A stretch of 64,000 nucleotides of DNA from Octopus bimaculoides (Eukaryota). Numbering within the stretch: position 1 is the first letter of the stretch; the number at the start of each line of letters is the position of its first letter. Positions 1 to 11,705 of this stretch are shown in pieces. The notes under the pieces were generated by a model. It had not been told where the DNA came from. It was given only the letters and a program-made list of their open reading frames with translations, and searched no databases. Made by a program: the position numbers and the translations under genes. The stretch lies in the NCBI RefSeq assembly GCF_001194135.2, contig NC_068987.1, positions 105,612,059-105,676,058 on the forward strand. Reading direction: 5' to 3'.

Positions 1-650
1 CATCTTCAAATCAACAGGGACTGGGAGGGAGAGTAGGTGTCATGTTTCGGATCTTACGATACAGACTTCATGGACCCAGAAAATTATTTGGTGATCGTGG
101 ATGGAAACAGTAGCGAAGAAGGTGCCTTTAGACTAGTAACTGTTTATGCTCCGACAGGGATGGGTCAGCTGGATTTCTTCAAGGCGTCTGGAGGTTTTCT
201 TGCGAAAGCCCCCATCCTGGATGCATGCTAGGATTGAATGGAGTTAACTGATAAGAGAGGGGTGCAGAAGCCGCGCAAACCTGCTCAGACGTTTCCAGCA
301 GTTCCAACCAGATTTTACGAATGTTTCATTGTGGATATAGACAAACTACATCGGGTCATCCAGATTGTAGGTTGTCTACATCTTAAAATCATCGGCAACA
401 CAAACTAAAAATTTATGATCTGTAAAATCAGCCTGTATGGAATTCGTAGGCAGAAACCCGGTTTCTAAAATCTTAACGTGTCAGTCTCGGTCCGCCAGGT
501 TTACACACTGGATTAGTGAATTAGCAAAGCGGGCGATGATGGGGCAAACGTCAACGACATTTAGTGAGTCGCACTGTAAAGGGTGATTAGAGTAATATCG
601 ATAAGGTTTAATAAGGCCGAAGTGATAGTAGCTTTAAGAAGGGACCGTTG
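1..650 (+). mobile_element. Degenerate Tx1/L1-like LINE fragment (APE endonuclease region of ORF2)
   Basis: ORF 37-231 reads FRLVTVYAPTGMGQLDFF...ILDA, an APE beta-strand/VYAP motif. Downstream sequence decays into a WKLNxSxL-like linker (tctaaaatcttaacgtgtcagtctcg). Frameshifted; runs off the window start. Confidence 0.65.
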
Positions 651-946
651 TGGACATAGTCGCAGCGAGATTGGCAGTCGTCTCTCACTCCACTTCAGTT
701 TACTCTTTTCCCGAACACTGAAAGCATAGAAGAAATGTATTTAGATTCTTGTAACTCTCTCACAACTAGTTTTTCTAATATTCAAGTTCATTTCAGTCCA
801 TCTGATTCAAGACGTGCTTTGAATAAAGTATATATTGTTTAATTAATGAAGAGTCGGCAAAAAAAATACAAACATTTAAGCTAAGCAATTCACTACGACG
901 ATGTACTACTTTAATATACATATATTATTGCTACATTCAAGCGTGT

Positions 947-952
<6 letters not shown>

Positions 953-1022
<70 letters not shown>
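953..1022. repeat. (CA)n microsatellite
   Basis: Direct read; a degenerate CA-rich field continues to about 1250. Confidence 0.95.
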
Positions 1023-1028
<6 letters not shown>

Positions 1029-1329
1029 AAGTACTATACACAGCCTCATACACATATACACACATACACAGAACACACATCACTCCACACAACGCATGCA
1101 CTAGGTTGCTTATACACATACACACTCTCATACACACACACAGGCTCATATAATTTTAAGCTCGCCCACACACATATTTACACACACTCGCTCCATTCCC
1201 ACAGGCACTTACACACACCTCTCTTACATACACATACGCGCTCGCGCACCCCAGTTCAGCCGGGTCACCGCTATCATTTCACCCTCTTTCTTTCAATCAT
1301 TCATTATGTTTAACCATTAATCTCTACAC

Positions 1330-1508
1330 ATTTTTTTCTCTCTCCATTTTTTCTTTCTCGCCATTTTTCCCTCTCATGTCTTTTTGTCGAAGAGCATAGG
1401 CTCGAAACGTCAAAGACTTTTCCATTCTTCCCGAGCGTCAAACTAATACACCTGCTTCTTGTTCCCTCACCTGTCTTCGTCTTTTGTTTTCTGTAAATTT
1501 GAACTATA
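1330..1508 (+). repeat. Penelope-like terminal repeat family A with minimal hammerhead-like motif (1378-1417)
   Basis: gtcttt-ttgtcga-a-gagc atag gctc-gaaa-cg-tc-aaagac. A homologous copy lies on the minus strand at 10221-10400. Confidence 0.6.
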
Positions 1509-1510
1509 CA

Positions 1511-1768
1511 AGTAATATTCGTAGCTACTTTAACATGGCTGTCCGTTCGAGTGGACCCTACTGCGATTTTTTAACCCCAAGAGGACAACTTCCCTAGCTG
1601 GTTAACGATGCACAGCTGCATCAGATAAAATTGTGAGCAGCGGGACGAACCTCTACTGTCTCCTACCGGTGAGGCCAGTAGACCAGTCCTGGTTTCAGGC
1701 TATTCTGTCACTCCTCAGTACTGGACACCTCGTCTGCTAGAGATGATAGCAGCACGCTTCTGCACGCA
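1511..1768 (-). repeat. Penelope-like terminal repeat family B with type I hammerhead motif (1675-1724)
   Basis: Minus strand CCAGUA CUGAGGA ... GAAA CCAG GA CUGG UC UACUGG. 1511-1577 is homologous, inverted, to 1956-2017. Confidence 0.6.
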
Positions 1769-1920
1769 ATATATATATATATATANNNNNNNNNNNNNNN
1801 NNNNNNNNNNNNNNNNNNNNNNNNNNNNNNNNNNNNNNNNNNNNNNNNNNNNNNNNNNNNNNNNNNNNNNNNNNNNNNNNNNGAACATATAGTCGCTGAC
1901 TTTGCAACAAACAGCTATGC

Positions 1921-2066
1921 TAGTTCTAAATTATCTCCAAGAGATCAATGCAGTAAGGGTTAAAAAACCGCAGTAGAATCCGTTCGGACAGCCATGTTAA
2001 ACTGGCTACGAATATTATTTATCAGTACAACTACTGCGTTGATCTCTTAGAGAAAGTTTTGAACTA
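1921..2066. repeat. 146-bp segment bounded by 35-bp inverted repeats; internal part is an inverted partial copy of family B
   Basis: tagttctaaattatctccaagagatcaatgcagta (1921-1955) versus the reverse complement of tactgcgttgatctcttagagaaagttttgaacta (2032-2066); followed by (TA)n. Confidence 0.75.
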
Positions 2067-3103
2067 TATATATATATATATATATATATACACTCGTATA
2101 TTTGTCAGTAGGGTGCATATACAAATGCATTTTTTCTTTACTTATGGATCAATAAACGGCTTACACATACAAACACACACCTATATAGATACATATAACG
2201 CATGGCAAGTATGTCCAGTATTAAGATAAATCTGGGCATATTTCGGATTCATTAGATCTCCAGCAAAGCACAAATTAAACCGAGTGATTAACAGACCGGA
2301 TACATAATATTGTACAATAAATGAGCGTAAAAATTAACATATTAATAAAATAAATCACTTAGGTTCATTACTAAGAGATGCCATCCGCATAAAAAGAAAT
2401 AATAGTTAATTAGTGTTAATATATTTCATGCTATGAACATCAACAACTTAAAAAAAAAAATGTGATGAGGGAAAAGCAATGTTAGTCGAATGACAAGTAT
2501 TATTTAATAATTTCAGAAAGAATAGGAGACAATTCCGGGCATGTTTAGTTCTTAATCTTCTTCAATGAAGCATAATACCTATCGAAGTAGTGACGAGAGA
2601 ATCTCGAAGTAGATGTACAAAATTGCATATCAGTAGGCGTGAAAATTTAGCAGATTAGAAATTATAAATTACTGAGGTTAATTACTTAAAAGGGTTCATT
2701 AAAATGTTAAAACAAAATAAGACGAAATAAAAAGAACAACAATTAAATCTTTAAATACAGGAGTTTTCAGTTAGTAATTTTCTGAAAATATCGCCAAGAA
2801 ACCAAAGTGTTTTAATATGCAATTCTGATGGTCTTATGAACATTTAAAAAATACAAAAAAAAAAGAAAAAAATTCAAAACAATATAATTTTTTGCAATTA
2901 GTTTGTGATTCTCATGATATGCTTAATTATTAATTAACATACTAAAAATATTAATTTTGTGTTAACATTTAAAATAGTGAATAGCAACAATCTAATTAGA
3001 AATATATAGGCGGTGAGAAAAAGAGATTAGAGCAATTACTAATGTTATTTTGATTATATTCCAGCAGCCTGGTATTTAATAACCCAGAGTTATATAACTG
3101 ATG

Positions 3104-3480
3104 TGTGGAGGCGCAATGGCCCAGTGGTTAGGGCAGCGGTCATAGGATCGTCGGTTCGATTCCCAGACCGGGCGTTGTGTGTGTTTATTGAGCGAAAACA
3201 CCTAAAAGCTCCACGAGGCTCTGGCAGGGGATGGTGGCGAACCCTGCTATACTCTTTCGCCACAACTTTCTCTCACTCTTTCTTTCTGTTTCTGTTGTAC
3301 CTGTATTTTCAAAGGGCCAGCCTTGTCACAATGTGTCACGCTGAATATCCCCGAGAACTACGTTAAGCGTACACGTGACTATGGAGTGCTCAGCCACTTG
3401 CACGTTAATTTCACGAGCAGGCTGTTCCATCGATTGGATCAACTGGAACCCTCGACGTCGTAAGCGACCGAGTGCCAACA
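3104..3480 (+). mobile_element. tRNA-derived SINE, family 2, near full length
   Basis: Pol III A box TGGCCCAGTGG (3117-3127) and B box GGTTCGATTCC (3153-3163) followed by a ~320-bp non-tRNA body. A body fragment recurs at about 29520-29550. Confidence 0.85.
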
Positions 3481-3779
3481 ATATAACTGATGCGGCGAAT
3501 TTGGAATAGTCGTTACAGAATCGAATAGAGTGTCATGCGATTTCGTTCCTGCTTTTGGTGTTCAAATTATGCCGATGCCAACACTACCGTTCAACCTTTT
3601 GGGGTTCATAACTTAGGTACCAGCCTAACACTGGTGTTGTTTGTCCACTCTCTTTTATTCTCTATGTCATTCAGTCTTTTTCCCTAGGCTCTGAAAGAAA
3701 TCGACTGCTGTTAGATATGGCGGATGAGAAATTCAGCTTGGATTTAATAGCAAAAATACAATGTAACTAAAAAAAAAAA

Positions 3780-4255
3780 AAAAAGGACTGGATAGAAATG
3801 CAATGCATTTGATCATAGGTGTCTACTCTGTCAGGAGTAACCTTTATTGGCATTGAATTATCACAGATAGTAACCCTTTGATTAAAAGACTGACCATTTT
3901 CAACTCTAAGACAATGGGGATTTTGTTCACGAATGCATTAAAAACAACAACAAAAAACAAAAAACAAAAAAACAAAAAAAAAACAAAAACAAAACTAAAA
4001 ACAAAACAAAAAATCTACTGTCTCCCCCCTTTCGGCGACAGTACGTTTGTAGGCAATATATCAATCTTATTCACATTATATTTTTTGTCATTTTAAGTTA
4101 GTTAGTGGCTTATATCTAACGTTCATTTTTAATGTAACAGTTAATAAATGAATCTAGTATACATTAAGCGACGAGCAGTTGAACTTACTTCAACTATCTA
4201 TTCATACTGTATCCATATCTATGTCTCTCACCTCGGCCTCAGCTATGAATATTAA
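3780..4255 (+). repeat. Unclassified dispersed repeat, copy 1
   Basis: Colinear homology to the reverse complement of 40052-40465, e.g. shared cagatagtaaccctttgattaaaagactgaccatttt. Confidence 0.8.
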
Positions 4256-4261
4256 AAAGTA

Positions 4262-4525
4262 GAAACTCCCTTCGGTCATGAATGACCAAGGGATTGCACT
4301 TAGAAAGTTCCTTTCTGAGGCACAAATCCGGGCAAGGTTGTTTATGGAAGACCAGCGGTCACCTCGACACATTACTGATGTTACCCAAAGAAAAGGCAAA
4401 GGCTGATACAACTTGGCACCAGTAACTTCCCGACTCATTTCTACAGCTGAGTGATCTGGAGCAATGTGAAATAAAGGGTGTTGCTGAAGAACACAACACT
4501 GCCTGGGTCGGGAATCGAACCTCAT
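4262..4525 (-). mobile_element. CORE-like SINE (family 4), 5' head truncated
   Basis: Minus strand has the B-box remnant gaggttcgattcccgacc, then ttgtgttcttcagcaacaccctttatttcacattgctccagatcactcagctgtagaaatgagt, which resembles the MIR CORE domain. Confidence 0.75.
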
Positions 4526-5643
4526 TTCGTCACGTTCGAACAGCCAACGAACTTTTCAGTCGACAACGGTATACCACGACAGCCACATTGAGGAGGAAGT
4601 GAAGGAGACTTAAAGGAAATAGCCGTAAAATTCCTTCATCCTATTGACTGAAAACAAAAAGGACACATTTGAGACACAGAGCAGAGAGAATATAATAATC
4701 ATGGCTGCTTTCTTGCAATTTCTCTTGAATTATTGCTTTGAATTACATTTTTCTTTCAAATTTTGTCGGAAACTATTAAGTTCCTACATATATCGGTGTT
4801 TCTACGCTATCCAAGTCTCATCTTCTAAATGAACTTGCTAATGTTGCTTAACCGAATCTCAACTCTTATTGATTAGACCAATCATCAAAAGCCGCTCCAA
4901 CCATGACAATATTGTCTTTTTGTATATCATGCTTTACATTATCCAATGCGTTCTCCGTAGTCTTTGAAGGTAATCGAGGTGAGATTAGAGGTATATATAA
5001 GGTTGTGATTGTTAACCGGCGAAGCAACCACATAGAGGCTTTTGTTGGTTATTTCTCGAGGATTTGGTTATTAGCAATGTTTGACGTTTAAGGTTTAATT
5101 TGTCAGCAAGAACTACAGGAATAATGTATAATTTGGTAATGATGATTGGGCTGGGTTGCAAAACCGTCGCTATTAATGTCAGTTTTCTTCCACCAGTCAG
5201 GAAATTGTTTGGCCGTGATGCCTGCTTTTACTTTGTTGCTAGGCTGAATTATATGCGCGTTAATTTTTGCGATTGCGTTTTGGCAATATAACGTCGTTTC
5301 ACTAATTTCTAGGAATTTGAAGAAATTACATGCCAGAAAATTAAACTAACAACAATCGTTACACACACACGCACACACACAAACACACGCACACACGCAC
5401 ACGTGTGCGTAAATATATACAGTTGTATGTGTGTGTGTATATATATGTATATATATATATATATATNNNNNNNNNNNNNNNNNNNNNNNNNNNNNNNNNN
5501 NNNNNNNNNNNNNNNNNNNNNNNNNNNNNNNNNNNNNNNNNNNNNNNNNNNNNNNNNNNNNNNNNNNNNNNNNNNNNNNNNNNNNNNNNNNNNNNNNNNN
5601 NNNNNNNNNNNNNNNNNNNNNNNNNNNNNNNNNNNNNNNNNNN

Positions 5644-5743
5644 ACTTTTCTTTTAAGCCTAGTACTTATTCTATCCGTCTCTTTTACCGAGCTGCTTGAT
5701 TACGGGACATGAACACACCAGCATCGGTTGTCAAGATATGGCT

Positions 5744-5789
<46 letters not shown>

Positions 5790-5951
5790 CACGATGCACT
5801 TCTTCCAGTTTCCGTCTACCAACTCTACTAACAAGGCTTTGGTCAGCCCGAAGCTATAGTAGAAGATACTTGCTCTAGGTACGGTGCAGGGAGACTGAAC
5901 CCGAAAACATGTGGTTGATTAGCAAGCTTCTTACCACAGACACGCCTGCGT
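5644..5951 (-). mobile_element. tRNA-derived SINE, family 3 (internal CA/GT microsatellite)
   Basis: Homologous to 44231-44620 and 50774-51010. Head gcaggcgtgtctgtggtaagaagcttgct on the minus strand; 3' end lost in the gap. Confidence 0.8.
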
Positions 5952-5952
5952 A

Positions 5953-6013
<61 letters not shown>
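5952..6013. repeat. (TCTA)n microsatellite
   Basis: Direct read. Confidence 0.95.
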
Positions 6014-6014
<1 letters not shown>

Positions 6015-6054
6015 GGCATGTACAAAAACGAACAAAAATAAAAAGAACACCAGT

Positions 6055-6226
6055 AAGGTCATGCGCTGTTTATTTTGATATGAAATCACCATGTCGCGTA
6101 CATACGGTTGTGATGCATGTGCCTGGTGTACCATTATCAGGCGGGTAATCATGATGGGTATATTGGGTTTCCTATATTTGTACCCCACTATGATAGCATG
6201 CCCTACTCTCTCACTCAATAATGATG

Positions 6227-6269
<43 letters not shown>

Positions 6270-6804
6270 TAAATGCCCTGATGCAGTACCAGTAAGCGGC
6301 TCTCATGGCTTCTCATCTTAACTGATTGGAAGTGCTATCATGTACATTGTTTTGCCTTGGTATAAAAGATGGGCTACAGCAAATATTCTGCTTAATACTA
6401 CAGATTTGTTTGTCAGTTGCTTGATCTTAACCAGTTGAGCATGTCCCTTAGTGGCTGACGATATGTGCACCTCTGATCATAAGCAGTAGTGGGGGAGCAT
6501 CATAGCCATGTGTTGAGAGGAATTTTGGTGGGTTTGAATAATTCACCTTTGGAAATATTGGTGTTTTGTTCATAATCCTTAAACAACCCTTATTCAGGGA
6601 CCTTTTCAGTGGAATGAGAAACTCAACCTAAAGGAAATTCTAACTGGGCCCCATCTGCAAGGTCATGCGCTATTTATCTTGATGAGATCACCATGTTGCA
6701 TGTGCCTGGTGTACCCTTATCAGACGAGTAGTCATGATGGGTATACTGGGCTTCGTATATTTTACCCCAGTGTCACTTTGATGGTACGCACTGCTCTCTC
6801 ACTC
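6055..6804 (+). mobile_element. Two tandem 5'-truncated copies (6055-6216, 6268-6804) of a non-coding retroelement 3' end, each followed by (AAT)n
   Basis: aaggtcatgcgct...ctctctcactc occurs twice (6055-6216 and about 6658-6804). Both copies end at the same base before (AAT)n. No ORF, so the parent LINE is not identifiable; a Dong-like 3' UTR is inferred. Confidence 0.6.
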
Positions 6805-6886
<82 letters not shown>

Positions 6887-7585
6887 GATGATGATGATGA
6901 CGATGGTTTACAGATAATAACACTCGTAATAATAAAACAACTAAAAACAAAAATAAGAACGGCGGTGGCCATATCAATACTAGTAATAAGAATACAGATT
7001 AAATGAACGCGATCTCCATCAAAATCCCTCGGACACTGATCTTGTATTCGGATAATAATTCTATGATTGAATACATTGCACATTTATTTCGTCCTTAAAA
7101 CAACAGAAGAAGACCAGAACGTCATAATGTCCCCATTTTCCTTGTCAAAATAAACAATTCCCTTCTTTAGCTACTCTACCTTATTGCATTATAACTGCGA
7201 TATTTTCTTCCCCTTTTGCTTTAGCGAAATTTCCATCATGTCGTATTCTGGAAACGAGAAGAAAACAACAACAAAAACAAAGTCACCGACAAAGCGTTAA
7301 ACAAATCCCGCATGCACACACGCACATACGTACACACACAAATACACACGCACACAAATACACACGCAAATACATACACACGCACATACATACACACGCA
7401 CATACATTCACATAGAGAAAAACGTTCCATACTGCTAATGCATAGTGAAGTGATTACCTAAGGCAATTGATGTATGTCCAACTTAATCCCCCTCTTCTCT
7501 GTCTATTTCTCTACATATTTCTTCCCCCCCCCCACACACACACGCATGTATGTATATATATGTATATGTACGCACACACACATAA

Positions 7586-7626
<41 letters not shown>

Positions 7627-7630
7627 ACAT

Positions 7631-7920
7631 GCACTATATATTTTTTCTTCACTCCTTTATTACTGTTCTTATTTTATTATTTTAAATGTTGTCCATTGTC
7701 CGGAAATCTTTCATCACTCATCTGTGACCTCTTCAGCGACACTTTTCGTTTTCGTGTGTGTTGTTCTTCAGTGGAGCAAGAGCACACACAAGAATGAAAA
7801 GTGTCACTGAAGAGGTCACAGATGTGTGACGAAAGATTTCCGGACAATGGACATGAGTTAAAATGATAAAATATGAACAGTAATAAACGTGTGAAGAAAA
7901 ACTATAAAAATATATAGTGC
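7631..7920. mobile_element. 290-bp foldback (palindromic) element with a hammerhead-like motif in each arm
   Basis: Arms of ~135 bp are reverse complements around a short loop at about 7766-7776 (gcactatata...tatatagtgc ends). Confidence 0.85.
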
Positions 7921-8074
7921 GTGTGGTTATTTGGCAGAAAAAAAGAAATGATCATTTCCCGAAATACAACAATATCAAGAAATGATAGAGTTGAGAAGGT
8001 ATCAAATGCGCATATATCTTTATCTCAACTATAAGAAAACAAGTCATCGTAGTAGGAACAGAGAAAGTAAATGT

Positions 8075-8865
8075 TAACTTGCTATAGTAACCAATCGGCT
8101 GCGTGCTGTCCGGATCTGCTGTTAATACATGGGTTGTACTGGTTAATTAGTATCGTGGCCGTTGCGTATCGAACGTCACAGCGCATTGATGACTCTGCAA
8201 CGAAAATCTTCCTGATTAAGCCCGAGTTCTCCATCTAACTTGCCACTCTTGTCCAACCTGCTCTTGATATTGTCCATCCATTGCGTTCTTTGCCTGCCTC
8301 TAACTCTACTACCCTCTACTCTTCCTTTCATGATAATATTTTCCAGATCTTTGCGTCTTCGAATATGTCCACAACATTTAAGCTTTTGATTTTTTACAAT
8401 GTTCAGGAGTTGTCGTTTTTCACTTACTTCTAACACGCATTTCAGTGTCCGTTTGTTCTTGTAAGAGACTCATAACATTCTCCTTTACATCAACATTACA
8501 AGCGCATTGATTATCTTCTTTTCAAATTTCTTGAGATTCTATGTTTGCAATCATAAATATCAATTGGCTAAATGAGCGCACGTGGTAAACTTTTTTAAAA
8601 CTTAATTAGAACACATTTGCAACTGTAGATGTTATTAAGCTTTTCCATGGACGTACTTGCCATGGCTAGTCGTGTCCTAATTTCTTTCGTACATGAGACT
8701 TCATCAGAAATTTGCTTTCCAAGATACTTGTACAATTCAATTTGTTCGAGCCTCTGACTGCCTAGCTTGAAATTAACATTTAATTTCTCTTTTCCTTGTA
8801 GTCCGGTTTCAGTTTTAGCAAGCAGAGCACTATCATCTGCATAATTTAGATTAGAAATATGTAAT
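8075..8865 (-). mobile_element. RTE-clade LINE, 5'-truncated 3' portion (RT C-terminal half)
   Basis: YADD motif at 8832-8843 (ISNLNYADDSALL), KYLG motif, and C-terminal LKCCGHIRRR...GRVEGSRVRGRQRTQWMDNIK typical of RTE. Frameshifted. Confidence 0.9.
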
Positions 8866-8990
8866 TAAAATCGATTATTTTATTCTCAAATTACAAATAT
8901 TTCTTTCTTACACATATGTATGCATCTATCTATCTATCTAAGATTTTAAAAAAAAGTTGGATCCTGGAGCAGACAAACTATAAATAATAG

Positions 8991-9324
<334 letters not shown>

Positions 9325-9894
9325 ATATGCATGTAATCTCTCTCTCTCTCTCTCTAACTATCTATTTATATATGCATACAGTGTTGATGACCTTTATTGA
9401 GGCAGAAACGTGCTCACAACTGTCCATTTCACCCCAGAAAATAATCGCATCTCATACCGTAATAGCAGAATTCTTGATACTTGAGATTATTTCTTCTTCT
9501 CAAGTAGAGCTGGTTTTAATTACCATTTGGTAATTATGGTACCTCTACTAGGGACGGAAACGGACCCAACAAATTAAGAATTTACGGTGTATCATATTCG
9601 ATATACCTATGTTTGTAGATGTTAATTCAGTGCATGCCACGGGCCATTTTTTGTTTATATCATTATATATAAACCTAGAAACTATTTGATCTAGGTAGCA
9701 GGGCCTCATTTCAGTGAGGGAGGTGGGGCCAGTGTACAATGATGCCGTTGAAAAGAAGGCTCGAAGTGGTGCGCATTCTCTCCTGATAACGCCATAAGCT
9801 TGCTAGCGTACAGGATGCAGAACTTTTATCTGCTAACACTTTGATATGCAAGTTTGAAAAAAATACGTCCACATACCCGCACACACACACACAC

Positions 9895-9971
<77 letters not shown>

Positions 9972-10220
9972 CACGCATCTATCTACATATGTATGTTTAT
10001 GTACGTCTCTATATATATATCAACTATCTCTTTCGCATTCATATATTAACAGTTTAGATCTTAATTATAAAAAAATATGCAAGTATTATTTTATGCTAAT
10101 TTAGTTAACTGTAAGATAAAAATTTAAATGTAATAAAATGATTTATAAAGAAATTTAAAGTGCATACGTGATAACGGTAAACCTACTTTTGGCAACCCTG
10201 TGTATATATATATATATACA

Positions 10221-10400
10221 GGGAGAATTTACGAAAAAACAACAGACGAAGACAGGTGGTGTAGACAATAAATGGATGTATTAGTATAACGCTCGGGAAT
10301 AGAGAAAGTCTTTAACGTTTCGAGCCTACGCTCTTCAACAGAAAGGAACACAGAAAGAAACAAGGAGAGAAAAAATGTGTGTATTGGTCAGCGATCTATC
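10221..10400 (-). repeat. Penelope-like terminal repeat family A, second copy, hammerhead-like motif at about 10311-10345
   Basis: Minus strand cttt-ctgttga-a-gagc gtag gctc-gaaa-cg-tt-aaag; homologous to 1330-1508; abuts (TA)n. Confidence 0.6.
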
Positions 10401-10405
10401 ATATA

Positions 10406-10453
<48 letters not shown>

Positions 10454-11252
10454 TGTTAGAGTATTGTAGTTCTTATTTCTACAATCTAGGTGTTTCTAAC
10501 ACCCTAATTACATTTAGTGGCAATCATAATTCTCTTTTTTGGTGAAACATTGTAAACTGCTGTTTATATTAATTTTATGTATGTACATTAGCAAATCGCT
10601 AAACCATCCATTAATTTGGATAACGAAAACATATATTCTAATAGAGAAGCGAGTCCGAAAACAGCCGAAGTTCGAGCCAGTCCTAACTGATGAAATCACG
10701 GAAATTGCCGAAACTGACGTTAGTATTAAAAATTCTCGATCGGTATTTCTCGGAAGATTACGGTCCCTGTTAGCGTCTATGTTTACATTTATGTGCGTTG
10801 ACTACAGAATTAGATCATTTTAGCTCTTATTTCTGGCAATGTGGGTGCTTCTAACACGCTATTCATATTTTGCGACAATTTATATATATATTATATATAT
10901 CGTTCATAGATTTTCTCATGCGGTGTGTAACTTGCTTGTGAATACCTATTATTGGGTTTCAAGCGAAGTATCTTTATATTTTCACATGAACCCTATGAAA
11001 AAAAAATTGACAAAATCGAGATGTTTCGTCATGGAGAATAATCTGTAAGGCAAAAATATAGATTAAAACTACAATGTTTATAATGCATTAGTTTGAATGC
11101 TTATAAGTTCAAACAACTATATTTGCCCAAACTCACACACAAACACAAACATGTCTATACATATGTACTTATATATGAATATATATTTATACATTATATG
11201 AATGTGCGTAATATGCATATGTATATATATACACATACATACACACGCACAC

Positions 11253-11301
<49 letters not shown>

Positions 11302-11653
11302 NNNNNNNNNNNNNNNNNNNNNNNNNNNNNNNNNNNNNNNNNNNNNNNNNNNNNNNNNNNNNNNNNNNNNNNNNNNNNNNNNNNNNNNNNNNNNNNNNNN
11401 NNNNNNNNNNNNNNNNNNNNNNNNNNNNNNNNNNNNNNNNNNNNNNNNNNNNNNNNNNNNNNNNNNNNNNNNNNNNNNNNNNNNNNNNNNNNNNNNNNNN
11501 NNNNNNNNNNNNNNNNNNNNNNNNNNNNNNNNNNNNNNNNNNNNNNNNNNNNNNNNNNNNNNNNNGTCCACACACACATACTTATTTGTATTTATTCATA
11601 TATATACATGTATACATGCATATTAATATGTAAAGAATGTATATTTTTAAACA

Positions 11654-11705
<52 letters not shown>

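Noticed and set aside
843-890. taatgaagagtc...tacaaacatttaa, a possible decayed hammerhead
   Set aside because: It needs several substitutions in the core; too degenerate to call.
3104-3170. tRNA-like sequence with A and B boxes
   Set aside because: It is the head of a SINE, with no cloverleaf or acceptor stem; the same applies to the other SINE heads.
4800-5330. Minus-strand stretch vaguely resembling an APE endonuclease
   Set aside because: No conserved motif (GDFN, SDH) is readable and there are many stops.
8685-8715. CUGAUGA...GAAA on the minus strand
   Set aside because: It lies inside the RTE coding sequence with no proper stems; coincidental.
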